In this document: positions 1 to 9,526 of the stretch, one piece after another
Numbering within the stretch: position 1 is the first letter of the stretch
Layout of the letters: each line of letters begins with the position of its first letter
Assembly (NCBI GenBank): GCA_944389915.1
Contig: CALXOC010000005.1
Span: 1 to 52,494, forward strand
Direction: 5' to 3'
DNA length: 52,494 bases
Source of the DNA: an uncultured Opitutales bacterium
GTDB lineage: Bacteria > Verrucomicrobiota > Verrucomicrobiia > Opitutales > Intestinicryptomonadaceae
Position numbers and translations under genes: made by a program
Notes under the pieces: model-generated
What the model was told of the DNA's origin: nothing
Databases searched by the model: none
Seen by the model: only the letters and a program-made list of their open reading frames with translations

Positions 1-33
1 ATACGTTAGACGGCGGTATTTTGGTTTTGTCAT
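1..33 (-). CDS. Probable IS30-family transposase, N-terminal 11 aa only (partial)
   Basis: The reverse complement of 1-33 is ATGACAAAACCAAAATACCGCCGTCTAACGTAT = MTKPKYRRLTY, matching the 'Y..LT...R' start of the IS30 HTH. The evidence is very short. Confidence 0.5.
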   Translation of the reverse strand, partial: MTKPKYRRLTY

Positions 34-127
34 AGTGCTTTTCTTGGTCGAAAAACATCTACTCTACATCCCTTAAGCCGCTTGTCTAACTCCTTTAGCT
101 TTTATGCACTGGAGTATTTAATTCGCG
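1..127 (-). mobile_element. Left end of a probable IS30-family insertion sequence (continues beyond the window edge)
   Basis: The minus strand from 127 reads CGCGAATTAAATACTCCAGTGCAT, resembling IS30-type terminal IRs. About 95 nt later an ORF starts MTKPKYRRLTY, like IS30 transposase N-termini. The junction coincides with the abrupt end of the upstream hydrolase. Confidence 0.6.
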
Positions 128-1879
128 ATAAAAATCCATTATGTCATGCTCCTGCATATTGTCGGACCATTTAAACTCAAAATCTAAAGATTTATCATCG
201 TTTAAACCCAACATATCCCGAGGCACTTTTATCATAATCTTATTGCCTTCCACTTTATATTCGGCGTCTCCAATATTACTCCAATTCCAGCCGCCATTTG
301 AGGCTTCCACCGAAGTTTTGCCATTCGCACCCGCTTTGCGGTTGATCAGATATTGGAAACCCTCCCAACCTTTTCTCTTGTCTGGGCGAACCTTCACAAA
401 TATGTTCATCCAGTTTTCTCCCGCGGGCGCGGTTATGTCTTCAGATGTCTTTGCGTAAAAAACTACGCTTTTTTCGTCAACAGCCACTCTCAATTCTACA
501 AATTCATTTCTGCCGGTTTTATTCTCATATACTCCACAGGCGTCGTATCCCTTATGGAAACGCTCTGCAACATCTCCCGTATACTCCACATAGCGCGGAG
601 ATACACTCTCCCATTGAGACCAATCTCCCTCCATGTCTATTGAAGTGAATTTTCTAGCCAACGCGGGCTCCGGCAGTCCCTTAAAGCGCCTTACAAAAGA
701 TATAAGCTGAAAATAATAAGCATCATGATAACCGCCGCGCATGGGTTCTATATCCCTGCTATTCTCAATGTCGCACTCGTCTTGAAGCAGAATCCAATTC
801 TTCATCTTGTAGCGCTGATTCGTCGCGCGCGTAAGAAAGGGCACAAGCCACTCGTTAAATTGCGTTACAAAAGCCAGAGGAGCGTCGCAATTTAGGGCGT
901 ATTGAATTTGCTCCTCAAAGAAAAATCCGTAGTGCGAAGCATTTGGACGCTTATCCAAACCGCCTTTCGCGTATGTGAAAGAACGGCTCAATACCGGAAC
1001 TCCAAAATGGGCCTCGCTCGTGCCCACGGTATATTTTGACTTATATCCTTCAGGAGCACCCGCGCAACCTACGCTTACGGGAACCATTTCCGCCTTCCAG
1101 TTTTCATCTCTGGCTACGCGCGGCTTCGGATTTCCCTCCCAATACCATGTATTTGGAATATCCGGAGTTACCCAAGTGGGCCTTCTAAACGTGAAAAAGT
1201 CCCTTATCTGCTGGGGCATCGGGCGGTTGTCATGGCAAACTATTATCGGCTTGCCATTCCATTTAAAATATAAATCCGAAAAATGCATAGGCTCATACAA
1301 GTCTTCCCATATTGTGTTCAGATTGCCTGTTCCGCTTCCGCGCGTGCCCGGAGCCATATAAAAGGCGAATTGCGGAACTTTAAAGCCTTTATCTTTTAGC
1401 TCCGCCAATATTTTAAATAACTTGTTGTATACTTTCCGAAAACTAAATCCGTTTGTAACGTCGAAGAACAAAACATCTATGCCTGCATCAATAAACATCT
1501 GAACATGGCGGCGCAATACCCATTCGTCGGTAGATTGATAGTATCCAAAAAGAGGCTCTCCCCAGTGCAGCATCGGCGCATGCGACGGATCAGGCCACAG
1601 AGGGCTGTCGGGTTTCTTTATCACGTCCGGATCTTTAGCCAACATTTTTGAAATGTCGTAGGGACCGTGAGTGCCGTGCTGGCCGTGCCAAAGATAGTAA
1701 AATAGCGCCACTTTCTTATTGTTGTCATAACTCTTCACATCTTTTGACTCCGGAAGAACGCGCCCCAAGTGGTCTACCCCGCACAAGTTTCCGAGCGTAG
1801 CGCTTTCAACCTTCAAATCTGAAGCGACAGCAATGTTTACACATGCCGATAATAGCAACAACAATATATTATTTCGCAT
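95..1879 (-). CDS. Secreted glycoside hydrolase-like protein (GH99/GH71-like TIM barrel plus C-terminal beta domain), probably 3'-truncated by the IS
   Basis: 594 aa with a signal peptide. Motifs: VALFYYLWHG, HWGEPLFGYY, FIDAGIDVLFFDVTN, FVTQFNEW, SRDIEPM.GG, FEFKWSDN. The last 10 residues derive from the putative IS end. Confidence 0.6.
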   Translation of the reverse strand: MRNNILLLLLSACVNIAVASDLKVESATLGNLCGVDHLGRVLPESKDVKSYDNNKKVALFYYLWHGQHGTHGPYDISKMLAKDPDVIKKPDSPLWPDPSHAPMLHWGEPLFGYYQSTDEWVLRRHVQMFIDAGIDVLFFDVTNGFSFRKVYNKLFKILAELKDKGFKVPQFAFYMAPGTRGSGTGNLNTIWEDLYEPMHFSDLYFKWNGKPIIVCHDNRPMPQQIRDFFTFRRPTWVTPDIPNTWYWEGNPKPRVARDENWKAEMVPVSVGCAGAPEGYKSKYTVGTSEAHFGVPVLSRSFTYAKGGLDKRPNASHYGFFFEEQIQYALNCDAPLAFVTQFNEWLVPFLTRATNQRYKMKNWILLQDECDIENSRDIEPMRGGYHDAYYFQLISFVRRFKGLPEPALARKFTSIDMEGDWSQWESVSPRYVEYTGDVAERFHKGYDACGVYENKTGRNEFVELRVAVDEKSVVFYAKTSEDITAPAGENWMNIFVKVRPDKRKGWEGFQYLINRKAGANGKTSVEASNGGWNWSNIGDAEYKVEGNKIMIKVPRDMLGLNDDKSLDFEFKWSDNMQEHDIMDFYRELNTPVHKS

Positions 1880-1976
1880 TCACCTCATGTTTTGTAAAAA
1901 AATTATTATACTAATATACATAAATATATCAGACCGCAAGACTCAAGAAAAATACATTTATAAAGCTCTCAACTAA

Positions 1977-2013
1977 AACAAAAAAAAGGCCATGCTATAA
2001 CGCACCGGCCTTT
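1977..2013 (-). terminator. Rho-independent terminator of the B12-uptake operon
   Basis: Imperfect AAAGGCC...GGCCTTT hairpin followed by a T-run on the minus strand, about 30 nt after the stop at 2044. Confidence 0.6.
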
Positions 2014-2043
2014 GACTTGAACACTGTAGGATAAAAAGTTTAC

Positions 2044-3006
2044 CTAAGCCCTCCTGCGCATTAAAATTGCAACAACAAAGCCCATTGCGCCCAAAATTGC
2101 CGCATATTCGGCAGGTTCCGGAACAGCTACAGCCTCGTTTATTACGCCTACGCCTTTTAAATCAAAGCCGGGCGCAGAATAATTGGGACCGCAGGGATCG
2201 TATATCACATGCCCGGCGCTGTCCACGCACGAGCCGTCGCCATAAATGTCAATAATTCTGACATATTGAATGTTGTCGAGATCAACAAGCGGATAATTTG
2301 TCAGAATATGGTTGAGGTATTCCTCGGAAAATGAGCTGCCGTCGCTCAAAGCGTATTTGTATGCAAACTCCAACTCTTCCAAATCAAAGGCGTGCCCGTA
2401 ACCGCTCTCGTATTTTGAAGCCAAATTATACACCTGCGTGGGATACATGTCCGACGATTCGTCGACTTGCACCTCGCCCAAATAAAAATTCGGGAAACGC
2501 AAGAAATCCGTGCCGTTTGTGGATACTTCCACATACGCCAATTCGAGATAATTTGCGTCAAAACCGTTTTCAAAAACGGCAAAATCGGCGCCGTCACCAT
2601 TTCCTATGCCGTTGGCAAAAGACAAGGTGATTGACCCGCCGTCGCCCAGGCATACCACTTTTTCCGTGGGATCCGAACTATTTACTGCGCCTATGGCGTT
2701 TTCGGGGGTTTTCCATTCGGGGGCAATGGTGTTTGAACTGGCGGTGCCATACTGCATGTCCATATATCCCGTGGCCCAAGATTTTATGGAAGTGCTCTTG
2801 TAAAATATTGCGTTATTGAGCGTAGGGCTCGAGCTTCCACTCTCGGCCTTGTCTCCGAAAGACAGCAGTTTGATGTCGGGAATGTATACTATGCTTTCCC
2901 CGTTGGGGGCAGGCGTTGGATTAGATGCGAAATACGTGTAGAAATCTTCGGCCCATAGGCTTGAGACCGACGCCAGTATTATCGCAACAGCGCTTTTTAT
3001 ATTCAT
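2044..3006 (-). CDS. PEP-CTERM cell-surface protein, putative cobalamin-binding (BtuH-like domain)
   Basis: Signal peptide and C-terminal VPEPAEYAAILG-TM-RRRA. Core motifs: LGDGGSITLSF..GI.NGDGADFAVFENGF, ELAYVEVS.NG, YVRIID, GFDL..VGVIN. It lies downstream of a B12 riboswitch and a TonB receptor. Confidence 0.7.
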   Translation of the reverse strand: MNIKSAVAIILASVSSLWAEDFYTYFASNPTPAPNGESIVYIPDIKLLSFGDKAESGSSSPTLNNAIFYKSTSIKSWATGYMDMQYGTASSNTIAPEWKTPENAIGAVNSSDPTEKVVCLGDGGSITLSFANGIGNGDGADFAVFENGFDANYLELAYVEVSTNGTDFLRFPNFYLGEVQVDESSDMYPTQVYNLASKYESGYGHAFDLEELEFAYKYALSDGSSFSEEYLNHILTNYPLVDLDNIQYVRIIDIYGDGSCVDSAGHVIYDPCGPNYSAPGFDLKGVGVINEAVAVPEPAEYAAILGAMGFVVAILMRRRA

Positions 3007-3021
3007 AATTATCCTTTCGTG

Positions 3022-5148
3022 TTAAAATTTAAAGTTGAGCCCCGCCTTGAACATGCGCCCCATGGCGGGATAAAAAGTGCCGGATACCGCAACAAGCGCA
3101 TAGCGCTCGTCCAAGACATTTTCCACGGCAAGAAATATAGCGGCGTAATCGCAGCACTTGATGTTCAATCGAAGATCCAAAGTAAGGTAGTCGGGCATTA
3201 TGCGGTCGTCATTTGCCAAATCCGAGGCCTCGTATTGGGTGGAGGTGTAATTTGCCTGCGCCGTAAACAGCACGCGTTCGTGCGGCTTTAAATAGATACC
3301 CGCAAAGCCGTTAAAGAGGGGCACAAGCGGAATTGCGTTGCCGTTGAAAGGTCCCGCCACAAACTGCGCGTCAACAACCGACGCCCCGCAGAATATCCCT
3401 CCCCAGTCGAGATTGTACGACGCCCCTATGTCTGCGCCGAGCCGCAGGGTATTGGGAAGATTGTCGTTTACGGTATCCCCTCCGGGCGTCGTCGAAACAA
3501 AATACATTATTTCGTCCTCCATAAGCAGGGCGTATATGCTCGTATTTACGCGCAAATGCTCGCCCTCGTGCTTAAAGCCCATTTCAAAATTCTGCCCCAT
3601 CTCCGGCTTCAAGTCTTTGTTGAACTTTATGCTTTGGGCGGGCAAATAGCCTTGGTACAGCGCAATTTCGTCTGTCGACGGGTACCTAAATAGCTGGTCG
3701 AACTTTGCGTATACCGACGATTTTGAATCTATGCGCCAATTTAGCGCAATGCTGCCCGCCAAGCCCTTCAGCCAAACGCTGTCGTCGTATGAATCGGCTT
3801 CGTCAACATACACCTCGTAATACGGGGGCGTGAATATTATGCGGTCCTCGCGCCTTATGTGTTGGGCAGAAGTTCTCGCCGCGTCGAAACGCCCGCAAAA
3901 ATCGAGCGACAAATCCTCAGTTATTTCATATATCGCCCCCGCGTGCGCGCCTATGGAAACGCGCGAAATATCAGAATCCTCCTGCCTATAAGAAAACTGC
4001 GCTGTTCCCACGGAGGCGTCTTTGTATTTCCAATCGAATATGTCGGTATATTGCGCTTCAAGGCCCGCATATACGCGCCAATCAGAGGCAACTTCAATTT
4101 CGTACTCGGAAGAAAAGGAAAGCGTTATCTGGTTGTTCTGTTTCGGCTTTCCGTTTGAAGAGCTGTATATGTCCCTGTCATAAGAATTAAAAGATAAAGT
4201 TGCATATCCCTCGCCTCTGGCCCCGACCCTGTCAAATACCCCCGATATGTTATAGGCTTTGCATTCGTAAATTGTGGTTGCAGCATACGCGTTCTGGGGG
4301 GCGTTTTGCATATCGGAATATGATACTCCGTTGGGACATTCGGTGTAGGTGTCGCTAAAATTTCCCGCCAGGGTAAAAGTGTTGCTTTCATTAAAGCGGT
4401 ACCCCAAACTTCCTCCGAAATTGTTGGCCCAGCTCTCGGAATAGTCCCTGTAGCCTCCCGTATAAAAGCGGCTGGCAAAAGCCGACGCAAAATAGTCGCC
4501 CCTTGCGAGCGAGCCGAACATGCCCGCCGAATAGGTGTCGTACGACCCGTACATTCCCGTAATATTCAGGGCGTCCTCGCGGGACATGTCGCGTGTGCTC
4601 ACTTTTATTACGCCAGCCAATGCGTTGTTTCCATAGCGGGCGCTGTTGCCGCCACGTATCAGTTCCACGCTCTCCAGATTCGCAACCGGCAGTTGCAGCC
4701 ACGGTATTGAATTCATGTCCGCCCTGTTATAGCGAATACCGTCGACCAATACAGCCACGCGCAGTTGGGAATTGTCTCCAAAGCCCCGCATTGCCAGATT
4801 GCCGTCGCTCGGATTTCCGGTATAGCCTACAAGCCTAACGCTTGTCTTTTGCGTCAGAAGCTCAGGAACACTGTTGGCTCCGCTTTCGGAAATCTCGCGC
4901 GAGCCAATAAAACTGGAGTTAGCCGGCAAGGACAAATCGCTTTTCCCTATCCGGCTCCCCAAAACCTCTATTTCGTCAAGAGTTCCTTCGGAACCTCCAA
5001 AATTGTTTGCGTCGCTTTCGTTGTCGGAATTTGCGCCGTCCGCTTCGGAGACAGACTTAGAAGCCGCCGCCGAAGTGTCCGGCGAATCCGACATGGCATT
5101 CCCCGACAGGAGAACGCACACAACAAACATACAAACGAAATTCTTCAC
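3022..5148 (-). CDS. btuB: TonB-dependent outer-membrane receptor, likely a cobalamin transporter (BtuB-like)
   Basis: 708 aa. TonB box LDEIEVLGSR; plug motifs MRGF, VLVDG, VELIRGGNSARYGNNALAGVI; LKPE.G.NFE.G; AVENVLDERY; terminal GLNFKF. Located in a cobalamin-riboswitch operon. Confidence 0.85.
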   Translation of the reverse strand: MKNFVCMFVVCVLLSGNAMSDSPDTSAAASKSVSEADGANSDNESDANNFGGSEGTLDEIEVLGSRIGKSDLSLPANSSFIGSREISESGANSVPELLTQKTSVRLVGYTGNPSDGNLAMRGFGDNSQLRVAVLVDGIRYNRADMNSIPWLQLPVANLESVELIRGGNSARYGNNALAGVIKVSTRDMSREDALNITGMYGSYDTYSAGMFGSLARGDYFASAFASRFYTGGYRDYSESWANNFGGSLGYRFNESNTFTLAGNFSDTYTECPNGVSYSDMQNAPQNAYAATTIYECKAYNISGVFDRVGARGEGYATLSFNSYDRDIYSSSNGKPKQNNQITLSFSSEYEIEVASDWRVYAGLEAQYTDIFDWKYKDASVGTAQFSYRQEDSDISRVSIGAHAGAIYEITEDLSLDFCGRFDAARTSAQHIRREDRIIFTPPYYEVYVDEADSYDDSVWLKGLAGSIALNWRIDSKSSVYAKFDQLFRYPSTDEIALYQGYLPAQSIKFNKDLKPEMGQNFEMGFKHEGEHLRVNTSIYALLMEDEIMYFVSTTPGGDTVNDNLPNTLRLGADIGASYNLDWGGIFCGASVVDAQFVAGPFNGNAIPLVPLFNGFAGIYLKPHERVLFTAQANYTSTQYEASDLANDDRIMPDYLTLDLRLNIKCCDYAAIFLAVENVLDERYALVAVSGTFYPAMGRMFKAGLNFKF

Positions 5149-5218
5149 AAAATTTTTCCAAATTCGGCGGAAGCCGGCATAGCCAAACTAAACTTTCCGC
5201 CGACGCCATTCCAAGGCG

Positions 5219-6184
5219 TTATTTTCCCGCAATGCGCCTTCTGCACGCCGCAATCAGCACAACCGCAAAACCCAATAAAAGAGCGCATTCCGCAGGCTCA
5301 GGAATCGCAGAAATGTTGTCTATCGCCGCATAGCACGGCGCCGACGCCCCGTAAGCCCCTCCGAAAGACGTCAATATTTGGAATGCAAGCCCGTTTAAAC
5401 CGCCATCGGTATTTAGCGAGCTCAAATCCACTGTCTGCCAATCGGGGCTTATCGTAACTGTCCCGCCGTCGTTGCTGGCAAGAACAACGTCGGTGTAGTT
5501 CCCGTCTATAAGCTCGTAGTTTTCGTCTATGCCGTATATGCGCAAGACAAAGAAGCTGTCGGTATTGTTATAAATATTGTTGTAGGTCTTATTGCCGTAT
5601 TCGTCTTCCGAAAATACGCCCATTCCAGAATTGCCCTCAGTGAGGGCGAAGAAATCGTAGGAAGTCAAAGAAACATCTATGCTCTGAAATTGCAAGGGCT
5701 CGTCGGTTATAAACGACGACGACGCAATTTCCGGCACAAGGGTTCCGGCGTAGGACGGCGGGAGATATTCCATATGCCCGAAAAGCGAAGTGTATGTATT
5801 CGGCGAATACTCCGTGGATGTTACCGCGCCCGCGGAGGTTGAGAAGAATATGACGCCGAAATTGGAGCTTCCGCCAGCACCGCCGCCTGAAGCGCTGTCG
5901 ATATCCCTGTCGTATGTGGTTCCGCTATTGGAGGCGGAATTCGATATTACGCCTCCGCTGTAATATCCGGACGAGTTTAAGTGTCCGTAATTTCCGCTTG
6001 TGGACAAGCTCGACCAAGTTGCGCCAATGCCGTCGGCCCAACCCGCGGAATTTCCGGTTGATGTGCTTATGGGCGCGGGCGAGCCTTCGGGAATAGTTTC
6101 AAAATTGAACACTCCCGCATTGGCGACCGCCAGCGAAGATATAGCCGCAATGCCTGCGACTGCGAATTTTTTATTCAGCGTCAT
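5219..6184 (-). CDS. DUF4465 (BtuJ-like) domain protein with PEP-CTERM sorting signal
   Basis: Signal peptide. DUF4465-like motifs: SG.VISNS, SASGGGAGGSSNFGV, F.LRIYG.D, DWQTVDLSSL, YG..AP.YAAIDNI. C-terminal IPEPAECALLLG-TM-RRR. Confidence 0.75.
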   Translation of the reverse strand: MTLNKKFAVAGIAAISSLAVANAGVFNFETIPEGSPAPISTSTGNSAGWADGIGATWSSLSTSGNYGHLNSSGYYSGGVISNSASNSGTTYDRDIDSASGGGAGGSSNFGVIFFSTSAGAVTSTEYSPNTYTSLFGHMEYLPPSYAGTLVPEIASSSFITDEPLQFQSIDVSLTSYDFFALTEGNSGMGVFSEDEYGNKTYNNIYNNTDSFFVLRIYGIDENYELIDGNYTDVVLASNDGGTVTISPDWQTVDLSSLNTDGGLNGLAFQILTSFGGAYGASAPCYAAIDNISAIPEPAECALLLGFAVVLIAACRRRIAGK

Positions 6185-6439
6185 AGTATTTCTCCTCTGT
6201 TTTTAGTGTAATTGGCCGAAATTGCGCCTGCTTGCGCAAATTCTAATGCATTGAGTCGAATGCGCGCCGCAGACAAAATTTCATAAAATGATGCCAATTA
6301 ACTCTCGAAGCAAAGAAGAGAGGCGCCATAAGCATGGAAACGCTGAAAAACGAAAAAACGCGATTCCGCATGAAACGCACATGCGCAACAAGCGCATGGC
6401 GCAAAACAGTCCAGCCTTCTTTACTCGAGAATTAAATGG

Positions 6440-6600
6440 ACATCTCACACACACGTCTTCTGGCTTATTCCATAAACACGCTCCGCCTTCCCATCTTTGC
6501 GACAGTGACATATTGGAGCGCTTCGGAAATTACAGCGGCGAGACCGCGCCCGATTTCCACGGGCTTCCGTTTGCGTTGAGATATTGTGAAAACCGGACAA
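6440..6600 (-). promoter_or_regulatory. Cobalamin (B12) riboswitch
   Basis: Minus strand: AAACGGAAGCCCGTGGAAATCGGGCGCGGTCTCGCCGCTGTAA ... GTCACTG ... GGGAAGG ... AAGCCAGAAGAC (B12 box). ATATCTCAACGCAAACG can pair with CGTGTGTGTGAGATGT to close the structure. It lies upstream of a TonB receptor operon. Confidence 0.93.
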
Positions 6601-6793
6601 GCCGGTCTCCTATATAAAGAACTTTAAAGAAAAGACTACCTCAAGTTGCGATTGTCAAATATTTTTTTTATTTTTTAAATAATCGCCTATTATCGCGCGC
6701 GCAGCCTACAATTTTGCCTTAAGCAAATCGAAATTGCCTGCAAAAGCGGGCATTACAATTCCGCAAAAATCAATAAATACATAATTAGCCCAT

Positions 6794-6827
6794 AAAAAGC
6801 GGGCGGCGCATGAATGCGCCGCCCCGC
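6794..6827 (-). terminator. Rho-independent terminator after the beta-helix gene
   Basis: GCGGGCGGCGCA-TGAA-TGCGCCGCCCCGC hairpin followed by TTTTT on the minus strand. Confidence 0.8.
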
Positions 6828-6855
6828 AAAACAGAAGCCGGACCGCCCCTCAAGC

Positions 6856-9513
6856 CTATTTCAAACGCCTAATTCTAAATTCAGCGAAATCGCAATGCGA
6901 GCCCGTCTTGCCGCACATGGAGAAACCTGCCCACGACGGATTCACAAAATCCTTAGAGGCGCAATGCATAGTCTCCGAGAATATGTCTTTTCCGCTCTCC
7001 GATACCCTCAATGTATACGCCTGTTTATATTTTCCCATCGGCAGGGGTATGACAAACTCCACATCGAGCCATTTATCCGGCGGCAATTCCGCAGATTTTC
7101 CGCCGGCACTAAGCTTCAAATTCTCCACGGAAAATCCCGGTCCCACGCCGTAAGGCTCTATGTCGTTTCTACTTGCTATATTTGGATTGCGCACTTCGTA
7201 AGTAAAACAGCTGCCGGAATTGACGCGCATTTTAAATGAAATGCCAATCTCGCCGCTATTTTTAAACCTAAACGCGTGCCAAGCTCTTGGCAAATTAGAA
7301 GATTTGTCGGTATCGTGCACCCTCAATACCCTACCCCTGGGAATTGCCCCGTCTTTTATGAGTTCCGCCGTCTTTTCATTTGCGCCGTAAAGCCCCATTA
7401 ACAGCGGCTTGCCCGAGCTGTCCTGCTCCTCGAAGAAATCCTCAAGATTTCTGTCGTCGTGCCACGGGGAATATTTTGGATATTGCACCACTTCCGGATA
7501 CCGATAGCCTTTCATTATCAACTCAAGGCGCAGCTTCTGCACTCCGTAGACGCCGACTCTGTCCATCTCCAAGGGCTTGAAATCTATCTTGTCAATAGCC
7601 GCGCCGGCAAACAAAGCGTCCACGTCAACTTTTTCCAAATAGGAATGCAAGTCCTGCCCGGTCTCTTTTTTCCATTGCCCAAAGGTCTTGCCGCCGCTGA
7701 ACAATACTTCCCCCTTGTCGTTCCAATATATATTGGAGTCGAATTTTACGGCTGAAGGCATCATCTCTCTGTTATTTCTAAACAGGGTTGCGGGAGATTC
7801 GTAACAGACGACATTGTTGTGAAAAATGAAAGAATTGTCCTCCTGCCTGCTAAGATTTAATTGAAATTTTTTACCGTAGCAAAACACATTGTTGTAAACG
7901 TCGCAATTTTTTCCGTAATGCATATTGTATCCACCTTCAACAGCATTGCGCACAAAATTGCCGTGGACTTTGTAGTTGGCGCTGCCCTCGTCTTGGTATA
8001 TTCCCCAACCGCCGTATTCGTGGCAGCTCACATTGTATATGTAGTTGCCTACTATCTCTGAGTTGTCGGAAATACCAAGCGTGTATATGCCGCCGAGATC
8101 GCACATTTGCCCATAAGCTATGTCGTGGATTCTATTGTAATTTATCTTGTTGTAAAACGTGTGGGTCTTGCCGGCGCCCCACGTCCAACCGACCGACACT
8201 CCGCTGTAATAGCCGTCAAATATGTCGTTGTTTAGTATTTGGGAATGCCCTATGTCAAAAAATATAATTCCAACCGCCGAGCGGTTTATTCTCCCGTATT
8301 GGAAAACTATATTGTTGGAAACTTTTATATATCCGCTTGATACGCCGTCTTCGCGCAAGGTTTGGGGATTGAAGTTGTTGCTTTTATTCTTACCAGCCCT
8401 TATGCCGCCGCCGCCAAGATCGCCCAAAATAGAGTTCTCAATCGACGAATCCCATACGGAATCGCCCAAATCCACTCCGTAGCCGTCAATATTTTTAATG
8501 AATAATCCATCAAGCCTGATATTGCAGGCATGGATAAAATCAACTGCAGCAAACAGCCCCCTTTGCGTCTGCCCTTTGACATTATCCCAAGCTCTTCCGC
8601 CGTTTAAAGTAGGGGTTGAAGATGCGTATTCTATAGCCACATTCTTTATCGTGATATTTTCTAAACGATCTTTTGGGCCTGTCCCCTCCCCTTTTATAAG
8701 AGTGTTTAAAGTTGGATAATAAACGTCGGCTGTGGCCATGTCCTCTCCGCTGCGCGGAATATAGTATATTGTGCCGTTGCTGACATCAAAGAAATATTCC
8801 CCGGGCTCGCTCAATGCGGAACGCAGATTCAAAAACTTGAACCTCGGATCCCAGCCCCGCCCAGCCAGTTGGGGATCCATTTTTCCGGGGAAATATATGG
8901 CTGAAGTTTTCCCATCGGCTCGCGGCACAATTTTTTCTATGAAAGTGCGCTGATTTACCCATTTGTTCGTTATATTGATCAAAATATTTTTTATTTCGCC
9001 ATCGCTCAATCCTTTAAGAACAGCCATGTCTTCATTTCTGATGAGCAGACACGACAAGTCCATCGTTTTCACATCGCGCGGAAGAAAACGCAGGTATCCG
9101 TTCTTAGGAAATTCCGCGGGTTTTGCCCTCACCCCGTTTACATATAGCGACGATATGAATTTTACGCCGTCAAGCTTCGCCTTCCATACGGACCCTTCGC
9201 GCGTCCATCCCTCTATGCGCCTCCCGGAACTTATCTTCGACATTTTTATGTTGTCTCCGCCCCCGCGGTACCATGAAGCGATATCTGACGCATCGGGAAT
9301 TGAAGCTCCTTCAATTACAAGCCCGTTGTGTTTCGGAGTCAGCTTTATAGTTTTGTCTATAAAATATGTCTTAGCCTCCAGCTTTAGATGTTTGCCGGCC
9401 GATTCCGACGCTTTGTCTATCATCTTTTGCAAGTCTTGCGCGAAAAGCTCCACGCTTACTAAAGATGCCATAAGAACCCCGGCAACGCCTATATATTTTG
9501 ATATACCTTTCAT
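6856..9513 (-). CDS. Right-handed parallel beta-helix glycoside hydrolase (GH141-like) with an extra C-terminal beta domain
   Basis: 885 aa with a signal peptide. Motifs: LYVNG.RA, PGEYFFD..NG.IYY.PR.GEDM, DLGGGGI, YSGVSVGWTWG, DLGGIYTLG, GGWGIYQDEGS, HYGKN..YNNVF. Confidence 0.75.
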   Translation of the reverse strand: MKGISKYIGVAGVLMASLVSVELFAQDLQKMIDKASESAGKHLKLEAKTYFIDKTIKLTPKHNGLVIEGASIPDASDIASWYRGGGDNIKMSKISSGRRIEGWTREGSVWKAKLDGVKFISSLYVNGVRAKPAEFPKNGYLRFLPRDVKTMDLSCLLIRNEDMAVLKGLSDGEIKNILINITNKWVNQRTFIEKIVPRADGKTSAIYFPGKMDPQLAGRGWDPRFKFLNLRSALSEPGEYFFDVSNGTIYYIPRSGEDMATADVYYPTLNTLIKGEGTGPKDRLENITIKNVAIEYASSTPTLNGGRAWDNVKGQTQRGLFAAVDFIHACNIRLDGLFIKNIDGYGVDLGDSVWDSSIENSILGDLGGGGIRAGKNKSNNFNPQTLREDGVSSGYIKVSNNIVFQYGRINRSAVGIIFFDIGHSQILNNDIFDGYYSGVSVGWTWGAGKTHTFYNKINYNRIHDIAYGQMCDLGGIYTLGISDNSEIVGNYIYNVSCHEYGGWGIYQDEGSANYKVHGNFVRNAVEGGYNMHYGKNCDVYNNVFCYGKKFQLNLSRQEDNSFIFHNNVVCYESPATLFRNNREMMPSAVKFDSNIYWNDKGEVLFSGGKTFGQWKKETGQDLHSYLEKVDVDALFAGAAIDKIDFKPLEMDRVGVYGVQKLRLELIMKGYRYPEVVQYPKYSPWHDDRNLEDFFEEQDSSGKPLLMGLYGANEKTAELIKDGAIPRGRVLRVHDTDKSSNLPRAWHAFRFKNSGEIGISFKMRVNSGSCFTYEVRNPNIASRNDIEPYGVGPGFSVENLKLSAGGKSAELPPDKWLDVEFVIPLPMGKYKQAYTLRVSESGKDIFSETMHCASKDFVNPSWAGFSMCGKTGSHCDFAEFRIRRLK

Positions 9514-9526
9514 GTTTTATCCTCTG

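Noticed and set aside
6281-6617. Short ORFs (76 aa minus, 109 aa plus) over the riboswitch
   Set aside because: The region is explained by the cobalamin aptamer and leader, and the translations look random.
6653-6658. Perfect TTGACA (-35) upstream of the riboswitch on the minus strand
   Set aside because: There is no convincing -10 hexamer at 16-18 nt spacing, so no promoter was called.
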